Source: Eledone cirrhosa
Taxonomy: Eukaryota
Reading direction: 5' to 3'
NCBI GenBank assembly: GCA_964016885.1
Contig: OZ024761.1
Span: 23,064,001 to 23,128,000 of the forward strand
Length of the DNA: 64,000 bases
The translations under genes and the position numbers were made by a program. Below, piece after piece: positions 14,705-28,671 of the stretch. The notes below the pieces were generated by a model, which saw only the letters and a list, made by a program, of their open reading frames with translations, was not told the origin of the DNA and did not search any database. Within the stretch, counting starts at the first letter, position 1; the number at the start of each line of letters is the position of its first letter.

Positions 14705-16055
14705 CTAAATTTTCAGCAAAAATTAACTGAATTTTCAACAAAAATTGGCTGAATTTTCAACAAAAATTGGCTGAATTTTCAACAAAAATTGGCTGAATTT
14801 TCAACAAAAATTGGCTGAATTTTCAACAAAAATTGGCTGAATTTTCAACAAAAATTGGCTGAATTTTCAACAAAAATTGGCTGAATTTTCAACAAAAATT
14901 GGCTGAATTTTCAACAAAAATTGGCTGAATTTTCAACAAAAATTGGCTGAATTTTCAACAAAAATTGGCTGAATTTTCAACAAAAATTGGCGTAATTTTC
15001 AACAAAAATTGGCTGAATTTTCAACAAAAATTGGCGTAATTTTCAACAAAAATTGGCTGAATTTTCAACAAAAATTGGCTGAATTTTCAACAAAAATTGG
15101 CTGAATTTTCAACAAAAATTGGCTGAATTTTCAAAAAAATTGGCTGAATTTTCAACAAAAATTGGCTGAATTTTCAACAAAAATTGGCTGAATTTTCAAC
15201 AAAAATTGGCTGAATTTTCAACAAAAATTGGCTGAATTTTCAACAAAAATTGGCTGAATTTTCAACAAAAATTGGCTGAATTTTCAACAAAAATTGGCTG
15301 AATTTTCAACAAAAATTGGCTGAATTTTCAACAAAAATTGGCTGAATTTTCAACAAAAATTGGCTGAATTTTCAACAAAAATTAGCTGAATTTTCAACAA
15401 AAATTGGCTGAATTTTCAACAAAAATTGGCTGAATCTTCAACAAAAATTGGCTGAATTTTCAACAAAAATTGGCTGAATTTTCAACAAAAATTGGCTGAA
15501 TTTTCAACAAAAATTGGCTGAATTTTCAACAAAAATTGGCTGAATTTTCAACAAAAATTGGCTGAATTTTCAACAAAAGTTGGCTGAATTTTCAACAAAA
15601 ATTGGCTGAATTTTCAACAAAAATTGGCTGAATTTTCAACAAAAATTGGCTGAATTTTCAACAAAAATTGGCTGAATTTTCAACAAAAATTGGCTGAATT
15701 TTCAACAAAAATTGGCTGAATTTTCAACAAAAATTGGCTGAATTTTCAACAAAAATTGGCTGAATTTTCAACAAAAATTGGCTGAATTTTCAACAAAAAT
15801 TGGCTGAATTTTCAACAAAAATTGGCTGAATTTTCAACAAAAATTGGCTGAATTTTCAACAAAAATTGGCTGAATTTTCAACAAAAATTGGCTGAATTTT
15901 CAACAAAAATTGGCTGAATTTTCAACAAAAATTGGCTGAATTTTCAACAAAAATTGGCTGAATTTTCAACAAAAATTGGCTGAATTTTCAACAAAAATTG
16001 GCTGAATTTTCAACAAAAATTGGCTGAATTTTTAACAAAAATTGGTTGAATTTTT

Positions 16056-16060
<5 letters not shown>
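14705..16060. repeat. 22-bp minisatellite (~60 copies)
   Basis: Unit ttttcaacaaaaattggctgaa, nearly homogeneous. Confidence 0.95.
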
Positions 16061-16120
<60 letters not shown>

Positions 16121-16414
16121 TATATATATATATACATATATATACATATATATATATATATATATTCATATATATATATATATATATATATATTCATATA
16201 TATATATATACATATATATATTCATATATATATATATACATATATATACATATATATTGGAATAAATGCTCTGAAATAGCGATATATATGTGAATATAGA
16301 CATAGAATATTCGAAAATATTCTGTATGTTTATAATAAACATTTTGAAGACCTAATCGCTATAGAATAGAATACGTCACGTATTACAATTAGATTCTCGA
16401 TAAAAGCAAGGGAA

Positions 16415-16457
16415 GTAATCTACGCGTTTCATTCTTATTAGAAATCTTCAGGACTAC
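16415..16457 (-). ncRNA. Minimal type I hammerhead ribozyme
   Basis: gtagtc-CTGAAGA-t-ttct-aata-agaa-t-GAA-ACGCGT-A-gattac; 6-bp stem I; palindromic stem III; GUA site; enclosed by the 16-bp inverted repeat attctcgataaaagca/tgcttttatcgagaat. Confidence 0.8.
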
Positions 16458-16525
16458 ATATCCAGTGCTTTTATCGAGAATGACACAGCTAGAGACTTAT
16501 AGAATACTTAGCTGTGTACATATAT

Positions 16526-16600
<75 letters not shown>

Positions 16601-16824
16601 TATATATATATATACATACATACATATAATGAGATCGTTAATATATCTCATATAAAATAATACAGCCAATTATCCACACAATACAATATAGTTAACACTC
16701 CAAACGTTTAATTGGGAATATACTCCGGTATTTCCTAATGTTTGTTGAGTGAATTGGAAATTGGTCGGAGTATCGATAATAGCTTTCTCCGTTTATGTAG
16801 TTTATATATATATATATATATATG

Positions 16825-16906
<82 letters not shown>

Positions 16907-16940
16907 TTACAATAATCAAAGTTCAGTTTAAGTCATTTAT

Positions 16941-16989
16941 TTGCTTACAATTGTTTCCTCCAAACCGAGGTTTGGATTCTTCGGAGCAA
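16941..16989 (-). ncRNA. Hammerhead-like motif with a U4>C core change
   Basis: ttgct-CCGAAGA-a-tccaaacc-tc-ggtttgga-g-GAA-ACAATTGT-A-agcaa; perfect stems I and II. Confidence 0.65.
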
Positions 16990-17050
16990 CTATTTACTGA
17001 TTTATAACATACTTGACCTCCGTTATACAATTCCTTATACAATTCCTTCG

Positions 17051-17106
<56 letters not shown>

Positions 17107-17379
17107 CGAAGGAATTGTGGTAAGGAACCAGATGGACCATAACGCACCAGAGTACTCAATACTTAGGGTAGTAAAGTGGGAAATAGGAAAAAGTATGACC
17201 CCGACGGCAGAGATCAAGCCGTTTCGACGGCTATTTCTGGACTCAAATAGCCGTCGAAACGGCTTGAGCTCTACCGTCGGGGTCATACTTTTTCCTATAT
17301 ATATACATTGTTATATTTCTCAGTGTAGTACCGAGGGCAATTCTTCCTATCCCTTTTTTAATTTAGTTTCTCACTCTCC

Positions 17380-17432
<53 letters not shown>

Positions 17433-17746
17433 CTTCTCTCTCCCTCTCTTCCTCTCTCCATTTTCTCTCTATTCTCTGTCTTTACCATTCTCTCTCAGTC
17501 ACTCTCCCTCTCTCTCCTTCCCTCCCGCTCTCTCAGTCACTCTCCCTCCCTCCTTCTATCAGTCACTCTCCCTCTCTCTCCCCCCTGCTCTCTCAGTCGT
17601 TCTCTCCCTCTCTCTCTCTCCCCTTCTCCCTCTCCCCACCCCTGTCTCTCCCACTAAAGTACTTAATTAACAAATCTCATCACAAACAGTATCTAACACC
17701 TGTGTATGTTTTAAGGGGATTAAATATTAAATATGGCGGTTGATAG

Positions 17747-17777
<31 letters not shown>

Positions 17778-17820
17778 TTACTACTACTACTACTACTGTT
17801 GCTGCTACTGTTACTACTAT

Positions 17821-17865
<45 letters not shown>

Positions 17866-17984
17866 AACTACTACCGCTGGCACAAGGCCAGCAATCACCC
17901 CAGTTTATTACTGGTACTTTATTTTATCGACCCCGTAAGCATGAAAAGCAAAGCTAACCTTATTGAATCTGTACTATATGAGAG

Positions 17985-18795
17985 CAAACAACAACAACAA
18001 CAACAACTAAACAACAAAAGCAATAAAGAACAGCAGCAATATTATAAACATTGATTACTGCAAACACAACTTAGAAACAATTAACTCCAGACAACAACAA
18101 CAATAACAACAACAACTAACAGCAACGACAACACCAATAACAACAACAACAATAACAATAACAGCATCAACAGTAAATATAACAATTACAACAGCATTAC
18201 AACAACAATAACAACAAGAGCATCAATAGCAAATATAACATCATCAACAGCAACAATTACAACAGCATTACAACAACAACAACAGCAACAATAATAACAG
18301 CAATGACAACAACAGCAAATATAACAACATCAACAACAACAAACATAACAACTACAACAACCACCACAAACAACAAAGCACTATAAACAAAATTCACACA
18401 ACAGCAACAACAATAACAACAACATCCTTACAACAACAAACACATCAACAACAACAACGAACGGAGCACCAAAAAGAAATTCACACAACAGCAACAACAG
18501 CAACAACAAGTAACAAAAACAACAACAACAACCACAAGGAACAAAAAGAACAGCAACAGCAGCAGCAACAACAACCACAAGTAACAAAAACAACAGCAAC
18601 AACAACAACAACCACAACCACACGGAACAACAACAACAACAACAGCAACAACCACAAGGAACAGCAGCAGTAACAACAGCAACAACCACAAGTAACAACA
18701 ACAACAACAACAGCAGCAACAACCACAAGTAGCAACAACCAGAAGGAACAACAACAACAACCACAAGGAACAACACTAGAAACAAAATTCACACA
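17985..18795. repeat. Degenerate (CAA/CAG)n tract
   Basis: Direct reading. Confidence 0.9.
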
Positions 18796-19484
18796 AATGA
18801 AGGAAATGACAATGGAAATTTATATTATCAAAACATGAAATAATTAAACGAAGATGAAACAAGCTAATTATGTAAAACAAAATACTTGAAAGGACTTTAT
18901 TGTTTATTTATATTCTTTTACTGATTTTAATCAATGTACTGCGGCCTAGCTGGAGCACTGAATTCAATAGTTTAGTCACTCATATCGACCACAGTACTAT
19001 TTTTGTTGTTTCAAAGTCTGAAATTTATAGATCTGTTAGGCTGTGGAAACATAAACAAACATGAGGCAAAAATAAACCACATTTGGTCTCATTCTATGAG
19101 AATATCTTCTTGATCATCCTATGAACTCTTCAGCTAACCATCCTGTGGTTATATTCTATTTTCTCCTCAGTTACTCACTTGCATGTGCCATTGTCCTCTG
19201 TTCCCGCTTCTATTTGGTTTTTTTCTTTCTTCCTCTCTCTTCACTATCATTTGTTTCCCTCGTGGCCTTTTAATGGATAAAAGGCCTCGGGTGTGCTGCT
19301 GATCGATGTTCTGTTTTTAAGGGCCGAAACATCTATGATCCGCAGTAAACAGCTGATGAAGGGCTACTTTTCTTCCCTTGTTTACATCCCTATTACCATC
19401 TTTCACTTTATTTACAGTAACTACACAACCTGTCTCTTTACTTGTATTTTTGTATATATATATATATAGTTATATATATATAAA

Positions 19485-19712
19485 TGAGATGATAGGACTG
19501 GGGTCCCTATCATTCCACTGCAAAGTGGTCGTGGATGTGCCACGGCAAAAAAGCACCCAGCACTCACTGTAAACGAGGTTGGTGTTAGGAAGGGCATCCA
19601 GCTGTAGAAATCAAGCCAGAATCAGTTCCTGTATGAGCAAGACAAGGTCAGCCGACCGGACACTGCCTACAACAGGACAACCCATCTAACCCATGCTAGC
19701 GTGGAAGAACGT
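19485..19712 (+). mobile_element. SINE family A, 5'-truncated
   Basis: Matches 25960-26190. Confidence 0.75.
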
Positions 19713-19743
19713 ACTATATAAATATATATATATATATAGTAAT

Positions 19744-20112
19744 ATACGATATTAAACAAATGGAAACTATATTTATAAAACCATATTTATTTCATTATAC
19801 ATATTTCGGGGATACCATATTAAAAATATGGCATGCCTTCATCAGATAAAATACAATATATAAACAGTTTTATAAATAATTTTGACGTACCATAAATATT
19901 GATCAACTTTTATGTAAGAAGTTGATCAATAAAAGTTGATCAATAAAAGTTGATCAATATTTATGGTACGTCAACATTATTTATAAAACTGTTTATATAT
20001 TGTATTTTATCTGATGAAAACATGCCATATTTTTAATATGGTATCCCCGAAATATGTATAATGAAATAAATATGGTTTTATAAATATAGTTTCCATTTGT
20101 TTAATATCGTAT
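19744..20112. mobile_element. Fold-back element with a family A hammerhead in each arm (19791-19853 minus; 20003-20068 plus)
   Basis: ~165-bp inverted arms; tattttat-CTGATGA..atgccatatt/aatatggtat..GAA-ATATGTAT-A-atgaaata. Confidence 0.8.
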
Positions 20113-20217
20113 ATCTACTCCAAAACTTGTTGAGTGCTTTATATCAGTTATAAAATATTTACTTGTTGTAACCCAACAATTTTAAATAAAACTTTTGCAT
20201 ATATACATATATATATA

Positions 20218-20648
20218 TATAATATAAGATCAAAAGATGGTTAAAGGAGTTCCATATATTTTATTATGCGCATTTCAAAAACAAACATCATCATGCAATA
20301 ATATTTGTGTTTTCATCAGATAAAACAGGAGAACATGATATGAAGGCTAAAAAAACACTTGTTGATAGTGCAGTTTTAAATCAACATATGATATGTAGAT
20401 TTAAAACTGCACTATCCACAAGTGTTTTTTAGCCTTCATATCATGTTCTCCTGTTTTATCTGATGAAAACACAAATATTATTGCATGATGATGTTTGTTT
20501 TTGAAATGCGCATAATAAAATATATGGAACTCCTTTAACCATCTTTTGATCTTATATATTATGTATACACCAGTCCCACAAACTGTAGAGTGCTTCTTAT
20601 CCGATATCTGCATTGCTTTATTGTACTACAATAAAACTCACCTCCTAC

Positions 20649-20650
<2 letters not shown>
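20218..20650. mobile_element. Fold-back element with a hammerhead in each arm (20259-20325 minus; 20454-20520 plus)
   Basis: ~160-bp inverted arms; ttttat-CTGATGA-aaac-acaaatatta/tgatgtttgt-tttt-GAA-ATGCGCAT-A-ataaaa; the right extension is the reverse complement of 10300-10385. Confidence 0.8.
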
Positions 20651-20724
<74 letters not shown>

Positions 20725-20935
20725 TCTCGTCTTATGATATCTAAACTACTAACACTTTCATTGGTTCAATTTCAGACGCACTGCAGATGTAAGGTCGTTA
20801 GGATATTCAGAACTATTCGTGTTGTCAAGGGAGGACGTTCTGGCCGCTCTCAGGGACCAGCCCGATGCCGAGGTACGTTTACACACACACACACATGAAA
20901 TAGAACACACACACGCGCGCATGCATACACTCGAG

Positions 20936-20978
<43 letters not shown>

Positions 20979-21029
20979 GATATTATTATACAAAAAATCA
21001 GTGTTGCATCATCATCATGATCATCAGCA

Positions 21030-23285
21030 TCATTTTTACGTCTGATTTTCCCTGCTTGCAAGGGTGGGACGGGTCTTATTCAGCACAGCATCTCTCCACT
21101 TGTCCCGGTCCTTCGTCATCTCCACCGTGAGCTTCAGTGATCTGAGGTCTGCTCTCACCACCTCTGCCCATGTTTTTCGTGGTCTTCCTCTACCACGTCT
21201 TCCTTCAACTGGCATTTCCTGGCACTTCTTCACCCATCGGTCATCCTCCATGCGCATCACATGTCCATACCACCTCAGTCCCCTCTCTCGCACACTACAA
21301 TGTATCCCTCTCAGACACAGTTTCTCTCTCAACACATCCATGCTCGGTCGTTCACATACATTGACATTGCACATCCAACGGAGCATGCTTGCCTCATTTC
21401 TCTCCAGCCGTCGCATATCCTCTGCAGTTGCTGCCCAAGTCTCACTACCATGCAGCCTCACGCTCCTTACACAGGCATCATATAACTGGCCTTTTGAAGG
21501 CAGGGAGAAACCTTTCTTCGTCAGCAGAGGAAGCATCTCCCTAAACTTCTTCCAACTCGTCCTTATTCTAGATACTATGGCCTCGGAACACCCTCCTCCC
21601 ATGCTAATCTGAGCTCCTAGGTACCAGAAGCTATCAACCACTTCTATAGCACCCACCTGCATTTGAAAAATGTGTCTATCAATGCGACTTCTACTGACGG
21701 AATCAGAGTTTTGTCTTCTTTTCTACTCATCAACACTTTTGTCTTAGCTAGGTTCACTCTCAGTCCTCTTGCTTCCAACTGTGGTTTCCATAGCCAGAAT
21801 TTATTCTCTAGCTCCTCTACTGATTCTGCTATAAGAACCAGATAGTCAGCATAGAGAAGTTCCCATGGTATCTGGAACTCCTCAAGTCTCCCTACTTGTA
21901 TCTGGAACTCCTCACTAAACTCCATTCCTACCCTCACTCTACTGACAGCACCTCTGTACAAAGTTTGCACTGTCCTCACAAACAATTCCTCAACACCTAG
22001 TTTCCCTAGGGATCACCAGATGACAGATCGGGGTACCCTATCAAAGGCCTTCTTTAGGTCAACAAAAGCTAATTATAGTGGCTTATTCTTCTCTAAGAAC
22101 CTCTCTTGTAATTGTCTCACCAAGAAGAGGGCATCTGTTGTACTTTTCCCAAGCACAAAACCAAACTACATCTCATCTGGTTTGACCCTTTCTCTAATTA
22201 GTTGTGCTAATATCCTTTCTGCCACTTTCATAACCTGATCCATCAGTTTTATACCCCTATAATTGCTCCTCTCCAGAGCATCCCCTTTACCTTTGTAGCA
22301 ATTTATGAGAATACTGCTGCACCAGTCTTTGGGTATGACACCACCATATATAGCCTGATTGATGATGCGTGCAACCAGTTTAGTGCCTACGTCCCCTGAT
22401 GCCTTCAGCATCTCAGCAACTATCCCCGACGGTCCAGCAGCCTTACCATTTTTCATTTCCTTAATCGCCTCTTGGACCCTATATTCATCAATTTCAATAA
22501 CTCGTCCCTCTGTCGGATCTACTGAGGGTAATTTCTCTCTCTCCCATTCATTCTCCACATTCATCAGTGTCTCATAATGAAATTCCCAGGCCTTTTTCTG
22601 ATCATTCATGACACTAGGTACATCGGCATAATTCCGGACACATTTATCTCCAACACAACATCCTTATTTGCACTGACACACTGCCTTGCAATGTGGAACA
22701 CCGCACGTCTCTGATCTTCCAGTCGCAGAACATTGGCAAACCTCCTACTCTCAGCCTCCCTGCGTGCTAAGTACACCTGACATCTAGCTTCTCTCTTAGC
22801 GGCTGTATATCCTTCCCTACTCCCACCCTTTTTCCAAGCCTTCCATGCTAGTCTTTTGTCTCTAATGGCCCTATCTACCGTGCTGTTCCACCACCAGGTC
22901 ACTCTCTGTGTGGTTGAAGCTCTGCTCCAGCCACAAGTTTCATCAGTAGCCTGTATAAGTTGTCACGTAAGAAATTCCAGTTATCATCTATGTCATCCGA
23001 CTCTAAATCGTCTTCTTTTTTGTTATACACATCTTGAAGGGCTTTCCTAAATTTGTATTTTAGTGAAAGGTCTTTTAGCTTCCAGACCTTTCTTCTCCAC
23101 ACCTTCCTGTATGTCTCATTCCGTCTCTTGCTTACAGAAATATCACTAACGACTAACCTATGGTGTGGGGTACATTCTTCCCCAGGGTATGCCTTGGTAT
23201 TTGGCACCATCTGCCTGTCCCGCTGCCTAATTAGTAAGAAGTCAATCTGGCTTATGTGCTCGCCTGATTTGTAGGTTATTAACAT
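21030..23285 (-). mobile_element. Degenerate, 5'-truncated RTE-clade LINE (endonuclease C-terminus plus RT, with stops and frameshifts)
   Basis: ORF pieces SQIDFLL..HRLVV (APE), KNGKAAGPSG, KGKGD..NYRGIKL, ELLYADYLVL, HGSETW, LRWYGHVMRM..GRGRPRKTW; (GAT)n tail. Confidence 0.9.
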
Positions 23286-23294
23286 ATTTATTTA

Positions 23295-23384
23295 CATATT
23301 ACATATGTTTCACTGTCAATCAGCTCGAGGAACTATCTATTAAGGATCGAACCTGACTCTGGAATCAGATGCTCCTCACATATG
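23295..23384 (-). ncRNA. Hammerhead-like motif with long stem II and a C3>G change
   Basis: catat-GTGAGGA-...cagt-GAA-ACATATGT-A-atatg; stem II sequence (gagtcag..ttcgatc..gagctgat) related to the 13.8-kb copy. Confidence 0.6.
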
Positions 23385-23473
23385 TGTTAACTTGTAGACT
23401 CGCATCTCTCTTTCTCTCTCTCTCTATATATATATATGCAGTTGGGTTCATACTTCTCTCTAAATAGTATCTC

Positions 23474-23515
<42 letters not shown>

Positions 23516-23544
23516 CATATATGTATCATCATCATCATCATCAT

Positions 23545-23760
23545 CATTTAATGTCCATCTTCTACGCTAGCATGGGTTAGACGGGAGTTGTCCCACTTGA
23601 GGCAAGGTTGGTCGGGTGACCGTGTCTCGCTCATATAGGACTGTCTGGCGGGATTTCTACGGCTGGATGCCCTTCCTAACACCAACCACATTTACAGTGT
23701 GGCCGTGTTACCTACACGGCCACATTACAGCGTGGACTGTGTGTTTTTCTTTTGTCGTGA
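23545..23760 (-). mobile_element. SINE related to family A, 3' part
   Basis: ggctggatgcccttcctaacaccaacc...tttacagtgtgg; related plus-strand copy at 33108-33262. Confidence 0.65.
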
Positions 23761-24041
23761 CACCTACACAATCTCGATCTCATTATCTCATTTATTTGGA
23801 CTGGATGTTGTGGTACCACTTTACAGAGAGAGGGTGGTGTTGGTGGGAGTGGGAGGATGAAGTAGGGGTAGTGGATTGGGGTGTATATTTGGTTAAGAGG
23901 TGCCTCCTGACTGTAGGTTTATATAAGAAATGAGGTGGATCATAGTGCACCAGAGGACTCAATACTTAGGTTAGTAGAATCGGTTTAGATCTAGGTGTCG
24001 AATAGCCGGAGATTAGCCATCGGGGTTCTGACTGTTTTCAC

Positions 24042-24089
<48 letters not shown>

Positions 24090-24094
<5 letters not shown>

Positions 24095-24170
24095 ACATAG
24101 AAAACAATTAAACTTTTGTTTAATGCATTTAATGCATTAAACAAAAGTTTGATTGTTTTCTATGTTGTGT
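24090..24170. repeat. Near-perfect ~38-bp-arm hairpin next to a TA tract
   Basis: acacaacatagaaaacaattaaacttttgtttaatgca-tttaa-tgcattaaacaaaagtttgattgttttctatgttgtgt. Confidence 0.85.
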
Positions 24171-24581
24171 TTCTGGTCTGTAGTATATCTGATATTTTAC
24201 ATTGAGCTAATTTCCTTACTGGTAATTGGGTAATATACAATGTTACCCTTATCTTATTTATAATTGTATATATAGATATAAGTATAAATATTTGACTTTG
24301 CCTTTCATCCTTACGGGGTCGATAAAATAAAGTACCAGTAATGTACTGGGTAATTGCCGGCCTTGTGCCTAAAGTAGAAACAATTATTATTATTATTAAG
24401 GGCGGTGGATTGGCAGTATCGGTAGAGGGTCGGACACCATGCTAGAGTGGTGGATTGGCAGTATCGGTGGAGGGTCGAGCACCATGCTTTGCAGCATAGA
24501 ATTACGGCCCTTTATGGTCTGAGCTCAGGTTAACTTGCTGGCCTTGTGCCTATATAAGAAACCATTATTATTATTATAATT

Positions 24582-24637
<56 letters not shown>

Positions 24638-24705
24638 TAAAAGAAAAAGAAACAGCTGACAAATTGTTCCTAGTGAAAAATAGTTTAATTAGGAATAAAT
24701 ATTGG

Positions 24706-24966
24706 TTTTGGTTAGTATTCAGTTTTGGTTAGTATTCAGTTTTGGTTAGTATTCAGTTTTGGTTAGTATTCAGTTTTGGTTAGTATTCAGTTTTGGTTAG
24801 TATTCAGTTTTGGTTAGTATTCAGTTTTGGTTAGTATTCAGTTTTGGTTAGTATTCAGTTTTGGTTAGTATTCAGTTTTGGTTAGTATTCAGTTTTAGTT
24901 AGTATTCAGTTTTGGTTAGTATTCAGTTTTGGTTAGTATTCAGTTTTGGTTAGTATTCAGTTTTGG
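24706..24966. repeat. 17-bp minisatellite (~15 copies) inside a dispersed repeat
   Basis: Unit ttttggttagtattcag; the host element has an unexpanded copy at 32728-32900. Confidence 0.9.
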
Positions 24967-25063
24967 TTTTAAGTTTTTACCGGTTGCTCATTTCTAATGC
25001 TTTTCAAAAATAATTTTGAGATAGAGCACCCGTGATGTTTGCTCTCTCTCTCTCTCTCTCTCC

Positions 25064-25097
<34 letters not shown>

Positions 25098-25444
25098 TTA
25101 TATATTTATATATTTGTTCATATATTTATTTGATGAATAGAATATTGAAAATAGAAAGAAAAAAAAAAACCGATTCAAAACGACAAGTGGTAGAGAGTTG
25201 AACACTATTATTATTCAAGTTGATGAATAATAATAGTCACATGATCTATGGCTATAGGCTTGACCAATCATCCTGATCACATGACCTAGCAATCACAAAA
25301 TAACACAAATACTATTAATGAATCGTATAACAAACTGAGCAATTAGTACAACAGTACATCTCACCTTATTCTAAACATTGATAGGATAGGCACACTTACA
25401 TACATATATACACACACATATATACACATATATATATATATAGT

Positions 25445-25570
<126 letters not shown>

Positions 25571-25729
25571 ATATATATATGTAGGTATATATATATGTTA
25601 TATACCTTCTTAAATATAGAGAACAAGGCTGAACAATGGTCTTACTAATCTTGAAGCATCCTCCCCATATGTGTATGTATATATATATATACATATATAT
25701 ATGTATACATGTATATATATATATACATT

Positions 25730-25798
<69 letters not shown>

Positions 25799-25828
25799 AT
25801 ACATACATATGTATATACACACATATAT

Positions 25829-26210
25829 GTGTGGTTAGTGGTTAGAGCATTGGCCTTGCAATCGAAAGGTTGTGAGTTCAATTCTCAGACCGGGTGATGT
25901 GTTGTTTCCTTGAGCAAGACACTTTATTTCACATTGCTCCAGTTTACTCAGCTGTAGAAATGAGATGATAGGGACTGGGGTCCATATCATTCCACTGCAA
26001 AGTGGTCGTGGAGGTGCCACAGCAAAAAAGCACCCAGCACTCACTGTAAATGAGGTTGGTGTTAGGAAGGGCATCCAGCTGTAGAGATCTAGCCAGAATC
26101 AGTTCCCGTATGAGCAAGACAAGGTCAGCCGACCGGACACTGCCCACATCAGCACAACTCGTCTAATCTATGGTAGCGTGGAAGAACGGACGGAAAACGT
26201 TGATGATGAT
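25829..26210 (+). mobile_element. tRNA-derived SINE family A, near full length
   Basis: A/B-box-like head tagtggttagagcattggccttgcaatc..gagttcaattctc; CORE-like ccttgagcaagacactt; (GAT)n tail; truncated copy at 41456-41636. Confidence 0.8.
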
Positions 26211-26244
26211 GGTGATATATATGTGTGTGTGTGTGTGTATATAT

Positions 26245-26525
26245 ATATACATATATACATGTATACATATATACATGTATACATATATACATGTATACAT
26301 GTATATATGTATACATGTATACATGTATACATGTATACATATATACATGTATACATATATACATGTATACATGTATACATATATACATGTATACATGTAT
26401 ACATATATACATGTATACATGTATACATATATACATGTATACATGTATACATATATACATGTATACATATATACATGTATACATATATACATGTATACAT
26501 ATATGCATGGATACATGTATACATA
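26245..26525. repeat. (ATACATGT/ATACATAT)n satellite
   Basis: Direct reading. Confidence 0.85.
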
Positions 26526-26989
26526 TAGACCTACAGGCCCAATCATCAAACCTCCACCGACAAGAAAATAGTAACCCAACGAATCCCTGGCAGCAGCACC
26601 AAAACCAGGGTCCCCTTCCAACCCCCCAGGATCCCCCCCCCCAATCAACTGCTAATCAACACGGTGTATTATTATGATATCAGCCTGGCAGTGAGACAGT
26701 TACCTGAATAGAAAGCTCAAAATAATTTTCAGGCCATATTGGATTCCTGAAGACACAGACAGACAGACAGATACACACACACACACACACACCACACCAC
26801 ACACCACCACACCACACACACCACCACACCACACCACACACACCACACCACACCACACACATATACAACAATAGTTTGTAGATGAATTCCTTCTTTGTTT
26901 TTTCTTGTTTGTCTCATCAAACAATTCTAGCGAAGCTTGACATAAATTATAGTCTGTCATAGAACGGGAAGGGGGGGGGGGGTAGTCAA

Positions 26990-28065
26990 CACCATCGCCA
27001 TCATCATCACCATCATCATCTTCATCATTATTACAATCATCATCACCATCATCACCATCATCATTAAAAAACACCATCATCATTATCTTCATCATCATTA
27101 TCTTCATCACCATCACCACCATCACAACCATCAACACCACTACCACCACTACCACCACCACCACAACCACCATCACAATCACAAACACCACCACCAACAC
27201 CACTACCACTACCACCACCACCATCATCACAACCACCACTACCACCACCACCCTCACAACCACCACAACCACTACCACCACCACCATCACAATCACCAAC
27301 ACCACCACCACCGCCACCACCGCCACCACCACCACCACCACCACCACCACCACAACCACCACCACCACCATCATCACCACCACCACCATCACAACCACCA
27401 CCACTGCCACCACCACCACCACCACCACCACCACCATCACAACCACCACCACAACCACCACCACCACCACCATCATCACCACCACCACCATCACAACCAC
27501 CACCACCACCACCACCACCACCACCAGTACCATCACCACCATCATCACCACCACCACCACCACCACCACCACCACCACCACCGCCGCCACCACCACCACC
27601 ACCACAACCACCACCACCACCATCATCACCACCACCACCACCATCACAACCATCACCACCACCACCACCACCACCACCACTACCATCACCACCATCATCA
27701 CCACCACCACCACCACAACCACCACCAGAACCACCACCACCACCACCACCACTACCATCACCACCATCACCACCACCACCACCACCACCACCACCACCAC
27801 CACCACCACCACCACCACCACAACCACCACCACCATCATCACCACCACCACCACCATCACAACCATCACCACCACCACCACCACCACCACCACTACCATC
27901 ACCACCATCATCACCACCACCACCACCACCACCACCATCACCACCATCATCACCATCATCACCACCACAACCACCACCACCACCACCACCACCACTACCA
28001 TCACCACCATCATCACCACCACCACAACCACCACCACAACCACCACCACCACCACCACCACCATC
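26990..28065. repeat. (CAC/CAT)n microsatellite
   Basis: Direct reading. Confidence 0.95.
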
Positions 28066-28418
28066 TTCTTCATTGATATCTCTTCAATAATTCAGTAAAT
28101 ACTCTCCCCCAGGCCGTCTTGGTCGGCTACGCAGAACACAGATTAAAGAATTTGGTTTCAAAATCACCCTCTTATGTGGATTGGAAGGCCCGTTATAAAA
28201 CCAAACCGAGAAGGAGGTAGGCAAACTCAGTAGCAGCATCTCCTGGGACACAAACTCGTGTCATGCTAAAAACCACCCTCTTGCTTATAAACTTTTTACT
28301 TCCTTTTCATTTCCTATTTTTGCTTTTCTATTTTTGGTTTTCGGTTTTCTCTTTTCTTAGCCACATGACAGAATCAGATTTTCAAGATTCACATCCTTCA
28401 TTATTTTAACAGGTTTAA

Positions 28419-28671
28419 CCCTTTAGCATTTAAACCGGCTGTATCCGGCCACAATTCCCTCACCGCTTTCTGTTTAAACCAGCCATAACTGGTCACTGAT
28501 ACTGATGTTAAGGTATTGTTCTCAAAATAAATAATATCAAAATCTCGTAGATTCAATATTATGTGAGATAACATGCAAGATAAAGCCTGTACTGTGAAAA
28601 TAAAACAGTATATATAGAGTATATATAGAGTATATATAGAGTATATATAGAGTAATGTAAATGTTAAAGGG
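28419..28671. mobile_element. piggyBac-type MITE (same family as 8227-8650, opposite orientation)
   Basis: TTAA-ccctttagcattta ... taaatgttaaaggg-TTAA. Confidence 0.8.

Noticed and set aside
19300-19370. GAAAC and CTGATGA motifs; similar remnants near 41870 and 63175
   Set aside because: Wrong order or missing stems, so a ribozyme cannot be supported
25829-25900. tRNA gene (GCA anticodon-like); also 41456 and 54902
   Set aside because: Continues into SINE body sequence and lacks a complete cloverleaf
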